A stretch of DNA of 64,000 nucleotides from Minutocellus sp. GHC0000111. Its lineage: Eukaryota. The stretch covers positions 3,348,001-3,412,000 of the forward strand of contig OZ361260.1 in NCBI GenBank assembly GCA_977018835.1, given 5' to 3'. Both the position numbers and the translations under genes were made by a program. Below are positions 25,057 through 38,348 of this stretch, piece after piece (the first letter of the stretch is position 1; each line of letters opens with the position of its first letter). The notes under the pieces are model-generated. The model was not told the origin of the DNA, ran no database searches, and was given only the letters and a program-made list of their open reading frames with translations.

Positions 25057-25324
25057 CGGCAGCTTTTTCTGAAATGCGCAAAAATGACGCAGAAAAATCC
25101 TTGAGCGGCTGCCGGCCAGACCGAGCGCTTTTCACTCCTCGCGCTCTCATTCATTATTTTTCCCGAGAAAGATACCACGCCACGCCACATCTCGTGCCGT
25201 GCGTGTTCTTTCTTCAAGCGAGGCGAAGAAGGCGCACCGCACCCGGCCATCTCCACTGCTACCACGCCCACAGCTGGTAGTCAGCGAGGTAGAATTAGTA
25301 CACCACTGGCTTAGTCAATTCGGC

Positions 25325-28300
25325 ATGGTGTCGTTCGACAAGCAGGACGACGAGGCGCCGCCGCCGGAGGCACCGGCGCCATCGGCTTCTTCAACTTCTG
25401 CCACCATGGCCTCCCCGCAAGCCGGCCGTCCGGACCATCTCAAGTCCCTCATCCAGAGGAATCAGTCCACCCGGGCCGGGAAGATGGCATTCGCGTCGGC
25501 CATCCTGGAGGGCATCGACGAGGAAAGCGGGAGCGATGACGAGGAGAAGGCCCAGCAGCCAACGGCGCAGGCCTCGGAAGTTTCCACAACCACCGCTGGC
25601 AGCAGCCGACCAAAGCGCGGGGCCGGCCTCACCCCCGCCCAGCAGCGCGTATCCCGCCGCATGTCGCTGTACACCCAGCGCCAGTCGGTGTACCAGGCCC
25701 AGGCCCCCGAGCGGCTCGTCGAGGTCCGCCTCCGGGACGTGTCGTACCACGTCCCCGTCAAGATGGATGCCCCCTCGGTCAAGACCGTGGCCAATCAGTC
25801 CGTGTGTTATGGTGCCTTTGAGTTCTTCCGGCGGTTGCATCAGTTCTGCCAGAGGGGCAGTGGCCGTGAGGATGCCGCCCAGCAGCAGCAGTGGGAGGCC
25901 AAGACCTCGTCGGACGTTGTGTCGCCCTACGGCCAAAAGGCCATCCTGCACAACATCGACCTGGTCCTCAAGCCGGGAAAGGTGACCTCATCCTGGGCCC
26001 TCCCGGATGCGGAAAGACCACGCTCCTGAAATGCATCGCCGGTCTGCTCCCCGATGCCGCTGCCCACGGTGCCCAACCGAAGAAGAATCAGGCCTACCAG
26101 AGTGGCAGGGTCGAGTTCAACGGTGTGGCGACCCAGGTAAGTCAAATCAAAACCAAGTTTTTTGTTTGCTTGTTTGTAGATAATATTTTGTGGATGTGTT
26201 GATTTGAACTCACTCACCCCACAATATACTTCCCAAACACCGACTGCTTTGTGCCATCCCTAGTACAGGACGATCCCAACATGGTCCTAGCGAACATCGT
26301 GAGCTTCGTTGGTCAGCTGGACAACCACGCCCCATACCTAACGGTCCGCGAAACGTTCGACTTTGCCTTCCAGTGCCGTACGGGTGGGAAGCACGCCAAC
26401 GTTGGTGCGCATGGTGCCGACCTCGCGGGATCGATGGACAAGGAAAACTTTACGGAAAATCTCACCATTGAGGGTCTCGATCTGTCCGTCTGCGCCGATA
26501 CCTTTGTGGGCAACGACGACGTCCGTGGCGTAAGTGGCGGTCAAAGGAGGAGAGTTACCGTCGGAGAGATGATGCAGGGACAGAACCCGGTCGCTTGTGC
26601 CGATGAGATTTCCACCGGCTTGGATGCCGCCGTCACGCGGGACATTGTGGACAACATCGTCACCTTCTCCAAGGCTGCCAAGACGACGCGCATCATCTCC
26701 CTCCTCCAGCCTGGGCCAGAAACTTTTAGTTTGTTCGACGAGGTCATTGTCCTATCGGAGGGCCATGTCATTTACACCGGACCTATTGAGGAGGCCGGCC
26801 CTTACTTTGCCGGCCTTGGCTACAAGCAGCCAGCGACTATGGACGTGGCCGATTTCCTCCAGTCGATTCCCACCCCTGATGGCAACTTGTTGTTTGACAG
26901 CTCTACCAGTCCTGCCGATGAACATTATACGTCGGAAGGATTCGCCAAGGCGTTCAAGGAGAGCGAACAGTACAAAAAAATGGTCGCCGAGCTGGATTCA
27001 ATTAGCCCACATGCATGGACGTCCAACGAAGGAGGTACCGGCGATGAGGAGACTGGTACAAAGAACGAAGAGGCCAAAATCAAGTCGGTGCCCGATGAAT
27101 TCAAGGTTGGATATCAAAACTCGTTCTGGCGATCGACCGTTCTCAACCTCAAGCGCCATTTGACGTTGTGGAAGAGAGACAAGGGCTTCATCATTGGCAA
27201 GACGTTCGAAAACATTGGTATGGCCGTGGCGACCGGAGGCATCCTCTTTGGCCAAGGACGAGTGACCTGGTCGGCAGATTCGGACCTTAGTGACCCAACG
27301 ACGTCGGAGCAGTTTTATCGGCTCATTTCTGGTATTTACGGGGCTCTTTTTATGACGACATTTCACATCCTCCTTGGAACGAGCACTAGCGTCCCAGATG
27401 AAGTCGACGGACGTTCGATCCACTACAAGCACCATGACTCGCGTTTTTATCAGGCCGGTGCCTTCACTATCGGTCGGCTGATCTCAACTATCCCCCAGCG
27501 AAGCTTGGAAATTACCGCCTTTGGTATTCCCCTATACTTCTTCGTTGGGCTTGACCTTTCCGCGGCATCGTTCTTCATCTATCTTGCTATCCTCGTGTGC
27601 TACACCATTGCTCTTAAGATGGCATTTGGTATTCTGGCGCAGATTCTACCGAAGAAGGCCAACGTGCAGGGCGTCGGAACCTTTTTGGTTTTGATTTGTA
27701 CTCTATTTGGTGGCTTCATTGTCTTTCCGGCATCCGTGCCGAACTATTACACTTGGCTGTATTGGGCAAACCCAATGTCGTGGGCACTACAAGGCCTGCT
27801 GTCGAATGAGTTCACTTCATCAAAGTATGACAATGTTGGCATTCCTCCGGAAACATTCTTGGCAATTCGAGGATTTCAGCTCGGTCGTGAATGGATCGGT
27901 TACTGTTTTGCGTATATGATCCCGTTCACCCTGATATGCGCCTTTCTCCTAACATTGGTTCTGAGAAAGGTGCGCATTGAACCCGAAAGAGCAATCATCA
28001 AGAAGAAGAACATTGCCATCGGCAGAATCAAAAAGCGAGACAAGGATGAGAACTTCAACCTTCCTTTTACTCCAGTGGATCTCACCTTTGATAAGGTGGT
28101 CTACGAAGTAAAGGCGTCGACTGGAGATGAGAAATTGAGACTCATCAATGAAGTGAGCGGCGCTTTCATGGCCGGAAGACTGGTAGCTCTTATGGGAAGC
28201 TCTGGTGGTGAGTTATATTTTGATCATGATTTCTTATTCGGGTTGGCCTCGATGCGCCCTCGCGAACACCTCTCTTACAATTCGCACTTTTAAACTTCCA

Positions 28301-30326
28301 TCCACCATTGTACTTATAGCCGGGAAAACCACCTTGATGGATGTGATCGCCATGAGGAAGACGTCGGGAGAAATATCGGGAGAAATTACTCTAAACGGGC
28401 ACCCTCAGGAACGAACGTCTTTCTTGCGATGCTCTGGCTACGTAGAACAGTTTGATATCCAGCAACCAGAGCTCAACGTCAGAGAAACGGTTGAATTTTG
28501 TGCTCGCCTCCGTCTTGATGGAAGCGACCCTGCTGTGGGTGGTCTTGAAGGAAAGCTAAAATATGTTGATCACGTTCTCGAGACCATGGAACTTACAAAC
28601 ATCCAAAACCTTCAGGTAGGTTCCTACGAAGAGGGTGGTTTGACATTCGAGCAGAGAAAGCGTCTTGCTATTGCCTGTGAGCTAGCTGGCTCTCCCTCTG
28701 TTCCCTTTTTTGTAAGTGGAAAGGCTCCATTTTTCTGTTCGCGGATTGTGTTGATCCAGATAGACTACATGTTACGATACTATCTGTATCTACAAGCACT
28801 AATCATTCTGCTATTCGTACACTTAAATCCTACAGATGAGCCTACCTCAGGGTTGGATTCTCGCGGCGCTCTCGTTGTCATGAGAGCAATGAAACGCATT
28901 GCTGACACTGGCAGAACCGTTTGCGCCACAATCCACCAACCATCAGCAGCCGTCTTTGAGGTAAATTCATTTTGTGCCTATCTTCAATATAGATGCCTTG
29001 CCACTTGCTAGCTAGAGTATCATTTATAGTCAATTGCCGCCTTTTTCTAATCCATATTCCGCGCTCTTACCTTCTTTTCCATTTTATTAGATGTTCGACG
29101 ATCTTCTTCTTCTGATGAAAGGAGGCAACACGGTCTTTTTCGGTGAACTTGGAAAGGAAAGTGCCAACCTCGTCAACTACTTCGAAGGACTGGGAGCGGA
29201 ACCAATTGAATACGGCGAAAATCCAGCTGCTTGGATGCTCCGGGCATATGCAGGCGACACTGCACCTCAAGATGTTGACTTTCCTGAAGTCTTTCGTCAA
29301 TCAGAGCAATACAAGAAACTACGAGATCAGATCGAAGCTGCTAATGAATCGCCCGATGACGCCAAGAAAATTCAGTACGATTCTGGCTTTGCCACACCCT
29401 ACAAGGAGCAGGGTGCTCTCATGAATCGTCGAATCGTTACCATCTACAAGCGGTCGCCTGCCTACAACCTTACTCGCCTAATGATCGCGGTATTCTACTC
29501 CTTCATTATCGGCTCTGTCTTCATTACAAAGGCTTACAAGGAGGACCAGCCTTATCTGGAAAATGATGCCGAAGGCATTCTGAGCACAATCTTTCTCTCG
29601 CTCATCATTGTTGGAGTGACTTCCATAACAATGGCTGTGCCCGTAATGAAAAAGATTCGAGATGTGTTTTACAAACATCGCGCTTCTGGAATGCTGGAAC
29701 ACAACTCAGTTGCCTGGGCCTTGGCTCTGGGTGAGACGCCGTATATCTGCTTGGTATCGGTCCTGTTTGGAGCAATTTATTACGCGACAGTAGGATTGTT
29801 CCAAAGCGTTAGATCTTTTGGCTTGTTTTGGGCATTCTTTACCCTCAACATCGCTACCTACAGCTACTTCGGCCAAGCTTTCATATGCCTGGTTCGCGAT
29901 ATTCCGACCAGCATGGCCATTGTCGGAGCTCTCATCGGTTATAACGTCTTCTTCTCTGGCTTGATCGTCAAGCCCCAGTACTTTGGATCAGTCTTCCAGC
30001 TCGGTCTTTGGACTGCCCCGGGCAGATTTGCATACGAAGGTCTTGTTATGTCTCAATTTGAAGGGAGCGATCGTGAAATTGTGGCGCAAACCAACTCGCC
30101 CTTCTATTTCTTCCTGGGCTGCGAACCTTACCAGGGCAATGGAACTGCCTTGCCGGAATCTGGGTCATGCACGGGTACCTTTGACCAGTATGTTAATTTC
30201 TTCTTTGGCGGTCTTTTTACCAAGAATAATTTCTGGCTTGATGTTGGTGTCCTCTTGGGCTACATGACCCTAGCCAGACTTTTGACTTGGTTCTCCTTGA
30301 AGAAATTCAACTACACCAATACATGA
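25325..30326 (+). pseudogene. Full-size ABCG/PDR transporter with a 1-bp frameshift just before Walker A1
   Basis: 'LILGPPGCGKTT', 'GVSGGQRRRVT', 'DEISTGLD', 'LLQP', 'LMGSSG|AGKTT', 'DEPTSGLD', 'TIHQPS'; introns such as 26137-26268. At ~25984 'gtg acc tca' needs one extra base to read V-Y-L-I-L-G; could be an assembly error. Confidence 0.8.
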
Positions 30327-30386
30327 TGCAGTAACTCTGATCATAGCTCGTTTTATGTGTTATTCAGTAGCGATATATTATGTAGA

Positions 30387-31571
30387 TTAAATTTGACTTG
30401 TAGTATTTGAGTTTGGTTCCCAACCCTCAAACCGATCATTTTCCATACCAACTATTATTTCTTCCCATTTTTGATATGATTCGTCTTGCTTGTCCTTGCC
30501 ATCCTTGACATCAAGAGTCGTCACATCCAATGCTCGGGAAGCTCCAAGCGAGGAGAGTTCCGAGTCCAAACCGAAGCCGAACTGGGCAAAATGGCGGAAT
30601 TCCGAAGATCCCAAAGCAGCTATCGCCACAGATGTTCCCTTGAGTGGCTTCTCACATACCGCCTCTCCCTCGCAGTAATCAGCGTTCTCTTCTTCGTCTT
30701 CGCAACGTAGTGCCGCTAATTGCGAGAGGGAATAAAAGATTTCTCCATCCGAGGGAGGTCTACCGGACCCGAACGTGGAGCAAATGAAATAAACACGACG
30801 GAATCGGGCAATGTCCTGGAGGGTTGTCATCTTGACATTTCTTACCACGCAATAATCATCGCCCCCAAGAGCATCCTGGAGCCGGTAAGCAAAGCCCTTG
30901 GCAGTACCAGTTTGTGATGCAAAGACAACCAGTGCCTTCATCTTTTTCTGTTCTTCCGGGACATATTCGAGTGCATCCGAGGCACAGTCGAACGAGAAGC
31001 CATCGCCCATACCGTACATACACTTGGTCCAAACTCCATCAGTAGCGTGCACCAGGACGTCGCCAAGGAGGGAACGGCGCTTTTGGATGACGGAATCAGC
31101 AAGATTCTTCACTAAAACCTCGCTCGTGCTGTCGTGACTGTCGGTTCTGCTCCTGGTCCCAGTATTACTTGATTTGCTGCCCCCAGATCCTCGAAGTGCC
31201 AGACCAGCATCGTCAAGTGCCGCCGCTGTCTTGTCGAGGACATCCCTCGCGTCAACCCAGGAGTGATTAAAGTCTGTGGCTTCGTCAATAAGATTCAAAG
31301 CTGTTTGTAGCGATTCGGTCGCCTGATCGAGAAGGACTGTCTCATCAATAGGTTTCACAACAATGCCATTGGCAAATTTTGGTGTGCTCGTCGTTCCAGC
31401 GTCTGATGATGAAGGGACTGTCCCGGTTTTGCTGCCTCCTTTGGACGATGCGGACTTCTTGCTCTGAGAAGCACTCGAATTGGTGTCGTCACCAGGAACG
31501 ACGGCGCCAGGCTTTGACTTTTGCTTCTTGCCTCTCAACTTGGGCAGTGATATCCTCATCCTGGACGGCAT
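30387..31571 (-). CDS. Flavodoxin-like FMN-binding domain protein with long N-terminal extension
   Basis: 'VVFASQTGTAKGFA', 'FICSTFGSGRPPSDG', 'ALGSSEF..F..FG', 'LGA'. Confidence 0.8.
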   Translation of the reverse strand: MPSRMRISLPKLRGKKQKSKPGAVVPGDDTNSSASQSKKSASSKGGSKTGTVPSSSDAGTTSTPKFANGIVVKPIDETVLLDQATESLQTALNLIDEATDFNHSWVDARDVLDKTAAALDDAGLALRGSGGSKSSNTGTRSRTDSHDSTSEVLVKNLADSVIQKRRSLLGDVLVHATDGVWTKCMYGMGDGFSFDCASDALEYVPEEQKKMKALVVFASQTGTAKGFAYRLQDALGGDDYCVVRNVKMTTLQDIARFRRVYFICSTFGSGRPPSDGEIFYSLSQLAALRCEDEEENADYCEGEAVCEKPLKGTSVAIAALGSSEFRHFAQFGFGLDSELSSLGASRALDVTTLDVKDGKDKQDESYQKWEEIIVGMENDRFEGWEPNSNTTSQI

Positions 31572-31864
31572 TTTGCTTTTTATTTACACGTAAGTAGGGA
31601 AATGTTTGAGGTGGTATCGAGTGAGAGTACGCTACATGTACCTAGGTAGGGTCGTCTGACCCTACTTTTGCGAGCACGCGACCAACGTCGAGTCTTTTTG
31701 AACTGCTGTCTGTTCCACCCTTGGTTTCTGTGTGGGTTGGTCTGATCGGGGCAGTTGTCATGTCACGGCACTAGCAGACGCGCTTTTGACGCTTCGCGGG
31801 TTGTCACTTAGCAACTTCGCCGAATATAAGGTTCCAAACTTCACCGAAAGCGCCAAACGGCATA

Positions 31865-34800
31865 CGAGGTCCGGGACAGCAATTTCGGGGACCCGGTTTT
31901 TTGGGTCTTTGGACTTTCCGACACGGCGGTTTGCGCGCACCTTGAAAAACACGCGGCAAAGCAAGCAAATCAAAACACATCGTCAACAACCGACCTCCAA
32001 GCAATTACCACAAATAGACTGGGCAACTTCTGCCGACTGGCGCTTCAAGAAGCTTCCATACTCATGGATACTCCAAAGGGACACATCTTCAGTCCACCGC
32101 GTCCACCGAAACGCGCCGAGGCGACTGCATTCAGCCCCTCGCGCCATGAGAAGGAAACTTCCAACGAAACGCCGGAACATCCGCGGTATCGAGAGAACAA
32201 GGACAACGATGACGAGGAGGACAACCAAGGGGTCCCACCGGCATCGTCAGACCTCACATCTCCTCGTGTGTTGAAATATCGACGCGAGTACAACGAAGAG
32301 GATGGCTTCGCCGCCGAACAAGCCCAAGCAAGGAAGTACTTGCATCATGACATATTGCGTGCCGACTTTCGCGGTACCGCTACCGTTTCATCTCATTCTG
32401 ATGAAGATGATTCATTCTCAGAGATGAGCATAGCAACCGCCGACGCAAAGCCAAGCGGCGAGAGGAGAAAGCCCGTGAGCTCATTCGACCTTCCCTCCGC
32501 CACGCCCATGGTAACAAGTCCAATGTCAGTTCATACTCAGTATGCTCTTACCCCAAGCCGCTCATGCCCGTCGTTCAGCAACCTTCAATTGTCATCCCCT
32601 ACCATCTTGGAGCCCTTGCCTCCAACCGAACCAACCGAACGACAGATTGAACGAGAGGTTGAGGAACATCGGAGGCTTGCGTGCTTTTTGACGTACGGAG
32701 AAGCACCACTACCACAAGATATAAAGAACTACAAGTCACCCACATGTAGTCAGAGGCCCGAACCAAGAAGAAAAGAGAAAGGGGTCTACCTCCCCTTCAA
32801 ACAAGTTCCTGGTTGGGGTAGCGAGGTCGCGGTCACCACAGTGCTAGGCATGATCGAAGTCGATCGCCAAGTAAGAGAGGGTCGTGGTGCCTACCCGAAA
32901 GGGTGGAGAAGCAGAGAACTCGGATTGTATGATAACAAGACAATAGAATTCTCTATTGCATTATCTACTGACAAGATTGCATTAGATGCATATAAGTTGG
33001 GATATGAGGATGGTTACAAACTCATTGCTACCACCGGCCTTAATCACCAGGCCCATTATCCTCCAGTACTGAACGAAGGCCGACGCAATTTTGCAGTTAG
33101 GCATGCTATCGTAAACGTCCTCGGCAGTGTCCCAGATCTGGTCGGTGGAAATGACGGAGGTGCCTACCATTTTTCGTGCCCATTCCGAGTGCCGCCGGCT
33201 CATCGCGGGGAACACGCTCAAGTCAAGGACGTTGGCGTGAGGCATCTGCGGTGCCTGTGGCTGCCACGTCCAGCCTTGCTCAGCACAGAAGTTAGTAACA
33301 AATTGCGTGAAGGTTCCGTCCTCGTGAGGCCCGGCCTGGTCGCCCTGGATAATATCATGGCCATCTTCGTATTGCTTGCCCGGACCGACAAGGTTGAGAA
33401 TCGCTGGGAAAATAGTCTCCTTGAATACGAGGAGCAAAGAGCATTTCGGATCCTTTTTGGTGCCTTCGTTCGATCCAGTAACGCAACAATCAACAAGAAA
33501 CGACTCTCCTTTCCGGCGAAGAGGTTCCTTTGGTGTCCCATCGGGGTTGGTATTTGGGTACCGTATTGAACCATCAGGCTGTGATGCTGCTTCGCACTGA
33601 GCTCGCTCCGCTATTTTAGGAGCTTGAGCTCGTACCAGTGGCAGTTTTACAACCTCGCACCCACTCTCAAGAGAACCGTCAAAGACAGCGGCAACAAATG
33701 CAATGGCCATGACCTTGTTGATGTGGCTCCTGTGAAAGGCCGCGTAATCTCGCTTTTTCACGCCGATTTCCTCGCAAGCCTTCGCAAAAGCTCGGAGGAC
33801 GAGACCCCAGAACCATTTCTCATCGCAATGCACGAGGAGAACTCGCTTCTTTCCATTCGGTAAATTGCCGTTCTCATCCTTCATTTTGTTCCTTTTCTTC
33901 TCGGCATCGGCCATGGCCTTTTCATCCTTCCGCTTTTCTCGTTTCAAGGCATCCCTTAGCCCTTTCAAAGCCTCCTCTGCAGCTTTGTGTGTTGCGCTTC
34001 GGCCTCAACCAGCAGCACATCCAAATTCTCCTCGGTCGATCCACCAGAATTGGCGGTGCCGGCAGCAGAAACACCGACACTGGCAGGATTGCCAGATTCT
34101 TCACTGTTGCCGCTTCCATCCACCACCATGGACTCGGCGATGCCCCCAGCTTCGATGTTGTCATCACCAGGACGAGCAGCGATGCCAGCATTGTCCTCGA
34201 CCGTCGGCTCAGGGCTGGCATCGGCGTTGTTGGATGACGAATTGCGCCGAGCAATTTGAATTTGAGAAATCGGCGCATCTTGTGCCGGATCAGGACCGGT
34301 CTGGCTCGGACAGCACAGCTCCTCCTCTCGGGCTTGCTCCATGACATCCTGCTGTTTCTGAAGTGAGAGGCCCGCCCATGCCCGGTTCGCTATGGTCTGG
34401 ATCATCCCAGGAGACTTGCCACGAATCGTAGAGGCATCGATGGTGCCGCTCCGATGGACAAAACAATCAAAGCATGGGATGGAGCTGCCGGACCGACGGG
34501 AGCGGCGACATGCTGGCGCATCAGCTGCGGTGGCAGCAGCAGCAACAGCCATTTGCATTAATATGGTGTTGGATGCAGTATTTTGTGGCAGTAGAGCAAC
34601 AGTTTGTATGTCGGGTGGGTTGGAAATGAGGAAGGTTTCATTGAGTGGTGGGCGCGCCGGGCGGGTGATGATTTTTTTGGCCCGCTCGATTTTGGCGCGG
34701 GGTCACCCGGACCGCATAAGATACGCCATTATGGGGACCATGGAGACCGATATCGGAGCTCAAACCATATGGCTACTTGAATCAATGCATTTGGGAGGTG

Positions 34801-35148
34801 GTGGTGGGGTCGGGAGGTGGAGGAGGTGACCGGTTGTCATCGGAAAAACTGGCAGAAGTCGGGAGGGGCGATGGATGGGGGGGGGGGGGGTGAATCGGCC
34901 AGACGCTGGCATGGGAAGATGAAATCGATATCTCCGAGTCGGTCCAAGGTCAAGGACCAACCCGTTCTGGAGATACCACGCTTGTCCCTTGCGTGAAGCG
35001 GATGCCGTCGGCACTGCCGTCACCGCCATCTTGAAGACAGGACGATGGCAAATAAATGCTGCTTGCTGCGTGCGTTTGTGCTGATTTTTATGAGATTTTG
35101 CCCAAAGACCCGAAAACGGGGTCCCTGAAACTGCTGTCCGCGACCTCG
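31865..35148. mobile_element. Tc1/mariner DNA transposon, internally deleted copy 1 (3,284 bp)
   Basis: ~48-bp imperfect TIRs (CGAGGTCCGGGACAGCAATTTC... / ...GAAACTGCTGTCCGCGACCTCG); TA TSD at 31863-64 and 35149-50. Near-identical to 38150-43114 but lacks ~0.38 kb (junction ~33013) and ~1.29 kb (junction ~33878). Confidence 0.93.
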
Positions 35149-35202
35149 TAGATCTGCAAAATCAGATTCCGGAAGCAGATGAGATGACGGAACTTTGCAA
35201 CG

Positions 35203-36471
35203 ATGGATCCGAAAAGGCAGAGGATATTAATACGACGCCAGAGGAACTTTGCAACGATGGATCCGAAAAGGCAAAGGATACGACGCCGAACCCGTTGTTG
35301 TTACATGCATTATTGTTCGGCGCCACTACTTATTGCAATTCTCACGATGACGACGGCGCCCCTATCGCCACAACCTGTTGGCTTTGCCTTCGCTTTGACC
35401 ATCACAACTTTCAACATGCTCGCATCCGTCCATAGATCAATGCACAGCGATCATCCTGAAGGCCCCACAAATGGTCAAGATGATTGAAGGGAGTCCGATA
35501 GGACCGAATGGTGGAAACCTCGTGCAGAGCAGGTGGCAAGATTCGTAGCCAACGAGTTGTCCTCATCTGACGTTGTTCTACTTCAGGAATGGTGGAATCG
35601 CCCTGAGTTTGAGGATCTATTCGATTCCCACATACGGCATTTATTCCATCGAGTATCTGAAAGGCGGCCAGGCACTGCCCGTGGTGGCGTGGAAAGAGAG
35701 GATGGAATGGCAGTGTTGGTCAAACGAACCGGCAAATTAAAGCTCTGCAAGTCTCTGAGGGTAAAGACGGGCCCACAGCGAATCGCTCAGATTGTAACCT
35801 GCATAGAGAAAGAGGGGGACAAGAGGCATGCCATTATCGGGAACTCTCATCTAAGCTTTCCAGGAGGGCCATGTTCAATCGCTAATGCACGTCGACAAGC
35901 CTACGAAGCACAGTTGATAGCGAGGGCAGTTGCGAGGGAGGGCCGTTATTTATCATCGCTCTCAGAACACCAAAGCCACCTACAACTCATTGCTGGCGAC
36001 TTCAACTCCAACTCATGTGCGCTGGCCGCACAATCCCTCGAGCAGAAGCACGGCTTTGTAAACTGCATGTCCGCATCCGCTTTGCAGACTCTCTCGGCAT
36101 CTATCGGAGGGCGAACCGAACTTGGTGTAACACATTTGAACCATCTTGGGCAGCAGGTAAGCGTCGATCATATCATGGCTAATTTCATTCATCAAGACGG
36201 CACATCAAGACGAAGCTGTGGCGAAGCCCTTCAAAAGATGGGTTATTTTGACAATGGAGGAACTCGGTTATTGAACTGCCGAAAGCGCAGCATACGGCTC
36301 GACGGTGACGATATTATATCAGATCATAGACTGGTGACAGCACAATTTGTGTGGCCATCACGCAGCTCTGCCAACGCAAGAACAAATAATAGACGAACGA
36401 TCACCAACCAACACCCGTCCTTGGACACAAACACAACGCTTCATTTCTTGCAATCTTATTGGGATAGTTAA
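35203..36471 (+). pseudogene. Endonuclease/exonuclease/phosphatase (EEP) family gene with in-frame TGA
   Basis: 'ITTFNMLA', 'DVVLLQE', 'NSHL', 'AGDFNS', 'VDHI', 'SDHR'; TGA at 35485-35487 between same-frame ORFs. 5' end carries a ~50-bp tandem duplication (35189-35290); start uncertain. Confidence 0.75.
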
Positions 36472-36497
36472 AATAAATACTACATACATGTATGGTC

Positions 36498-37331
36498 CTA
36501 TGAATCTTTTCGTAGTTCAAATACAAATACAAATATATCATCTTCTTCCCTGGCCACAGTATGTTCAATTCCGGCCTCTTTCGCGGCAGCAAGAACCATG
36601 TCCAGATTGACCTCATTCCCTTGCCTTCTACAGCAGTGAGCCATTATAAACTTTGAATTCGGCTTGGTACTCAGCAGGGTCTGCACTGTATCAAAAAGAG
36701 GCGAAATCACCTTCTCCACATAAATTAGATCTGATCCGAAAATAATGTCGAATGGCTCGTCAGATGCATGTCGCTTGAGAAATGTCGTGGCCGTTTCAGT
36801 GCCCCACAGCAGCTGATGACATCGTATCGGCAAAGGACCATTTAGCTCGATATTCGCTCGTAGCTGTAACAAGGTATCGCTATCACCATCGGTCAAATAG
36901 ACGGCGCTGCTGCTCTCCTTGGAATCATCCACAAGCTTACTTGCCAATATTCCACTTCTTCCGAGCCCTGAGCCCAACTCTAGAATGTGTTTGTCTTGCA
37001 ACATTATAGCGTTCTCGACCAGGTAATCGCACAGGTATTGAGAAGATCTCCAAAGTGTAAGCCCCGTCGAATTCCATATCTGCTCAGACTCTGATTCAAA
37101 TCCTTTCAGCTCAATGACAATGTCCTCGCCGTCCTTTGCTGCTGGGTATGTAAAGCGATGGCACTCGGTGGGGGGAGGTAACGGCTGGTCATCCTCGTCC
37201 TGATCTACGCCCTCATCATCGTTGTACACTGCCATCGAGTTGCGTTCCCATCGAACCCAGGCATCGACCCACGTTGTTTCGTCATCGGGGGTAGCAGCAG
37301 CAGCGCTACTCGTAGCACCACTGGAACTCAT
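36498..37331 (-). CDS. METTL21/EEF2KMT-like lysine methyltransferase (Methyltransf_16 type)
   Basis: 'STGLTLWRSS', 'ILELGSGLG', 'LTDGD', 'LLWG', 'IFGSDLIY'. Confidence 0.88.
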   Translation of the reverse strand: MSSSGATSSAAAATPDDETTWVDAWVRWERNSMAVYNDDEGVDQDEDDQPLPPPTECHRFTYPAAKDGEDIVIELKGFESESEQIWNSTGLTLWRSSQYLCDYLVENAIMLQDKHILELGSGLGRSGILASKLVDDSKESSSAVYLTDGDSDTLLQLRANIELNGPLPIRCHQLLWGTETATTFLKRHASDEPFDIIFGSDLIYVEKVISPLFDTVQTLLSTKPNSKFIMAHCCRRQGNEVNLDMVLAAAKEAGIEHTVAREEDDIFVFVFELRKDS

Positions 37332-38348
37332 GGTTGGTGCCGCGCAATGCTGAAAAACTGTGGTGCGACTGCAGAGTGGAAACACGACGGACAGCGTACA
37401 GACCAAAATCCCAAAAGCTAAAGATGGGCCCGGGTGCCCTCTCTAAGTCAGACAGTCGTCACCGCTTGGAGGGTGGGCGCGGCCCATCTAGCAATAAGAG
37501 GGTGTGAGTTTTTTTGTTGTTGCAATAAACTAGGTCGAAGAAGAAACACATGTTCCACGCTTATTTCCGTCGATTTTGGCGCTGCTTGCTCTCTCTCTCG
37601 TGTTGCATCGCAGAACGAGACAGATGTCAGTGCTGCTGCTGCACGGGGCGGGAACACACATTTTTCTCCCTCTCGTCATCGTCACGAAGAGGTACGGCGT
37701 ACTGCACACGTAGCACCAACCAAATCGTATCGTGTGTGGTTTGAGAGGGGGAAGAGCCAACAGGGCGACACGATGCGATTCGATCGATCGGTGCATTGCA
37801 ACTGGTTCATTGCTCGCGGTGCTGCTGCAGAAGATCGGTCCATTGGTGTGGTCATTTGAGACATATTTAAAAGACGGGTATCCGATCCGCGCACAATAAA
37901 TAACAAAATGGCGGTGCAGGCGGACTGGTTCCTCATTGTTGCCATCCTCGTGGTGGCGTTCACAACTGACACTGGCCGTCGTTGTTGGGTTTTACGTTTT
38001 GTGGTCAAACATCAGCACCCAGACGACAAGAACGAAGCGTGGTTCCCCAAGTTGGTCGTTTGGACCGGCTTCATCGTGGCCGGTGCCACGGTCCTCCTCC
38101 TTCCGCTCGACGTTGCCAACAACGAGGGATGTCCCGGATGCGACGGATGCAAGGTCCGGGACAGCAATTTCGGGGACCCGGTTTTTTGGGTCTTTGGACT
38201 TTCCGACACGGCGGTTTGCGCGCACCTTGAAAAACACGCGGCAAAGCAAGCAAATCAAAACACATCGTCAACAACCGACCTCCAAGCAATTACCACAAAT
38301 AGACTGGGCAACTTCTGCCGACTGGCGCTTCAAGAAGCTTCCATACTC

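Noticed and set aside
9396..35487. Stop-codon reassignment or programmed readthrough explaining in-frame stops
   Set aside because: The stops replace different expected residues (TGA for Gly in ABCB, probably Arg in EEP; TAG probably Gln), each one substitution away, and TGA/TAG terminate normal genes here.
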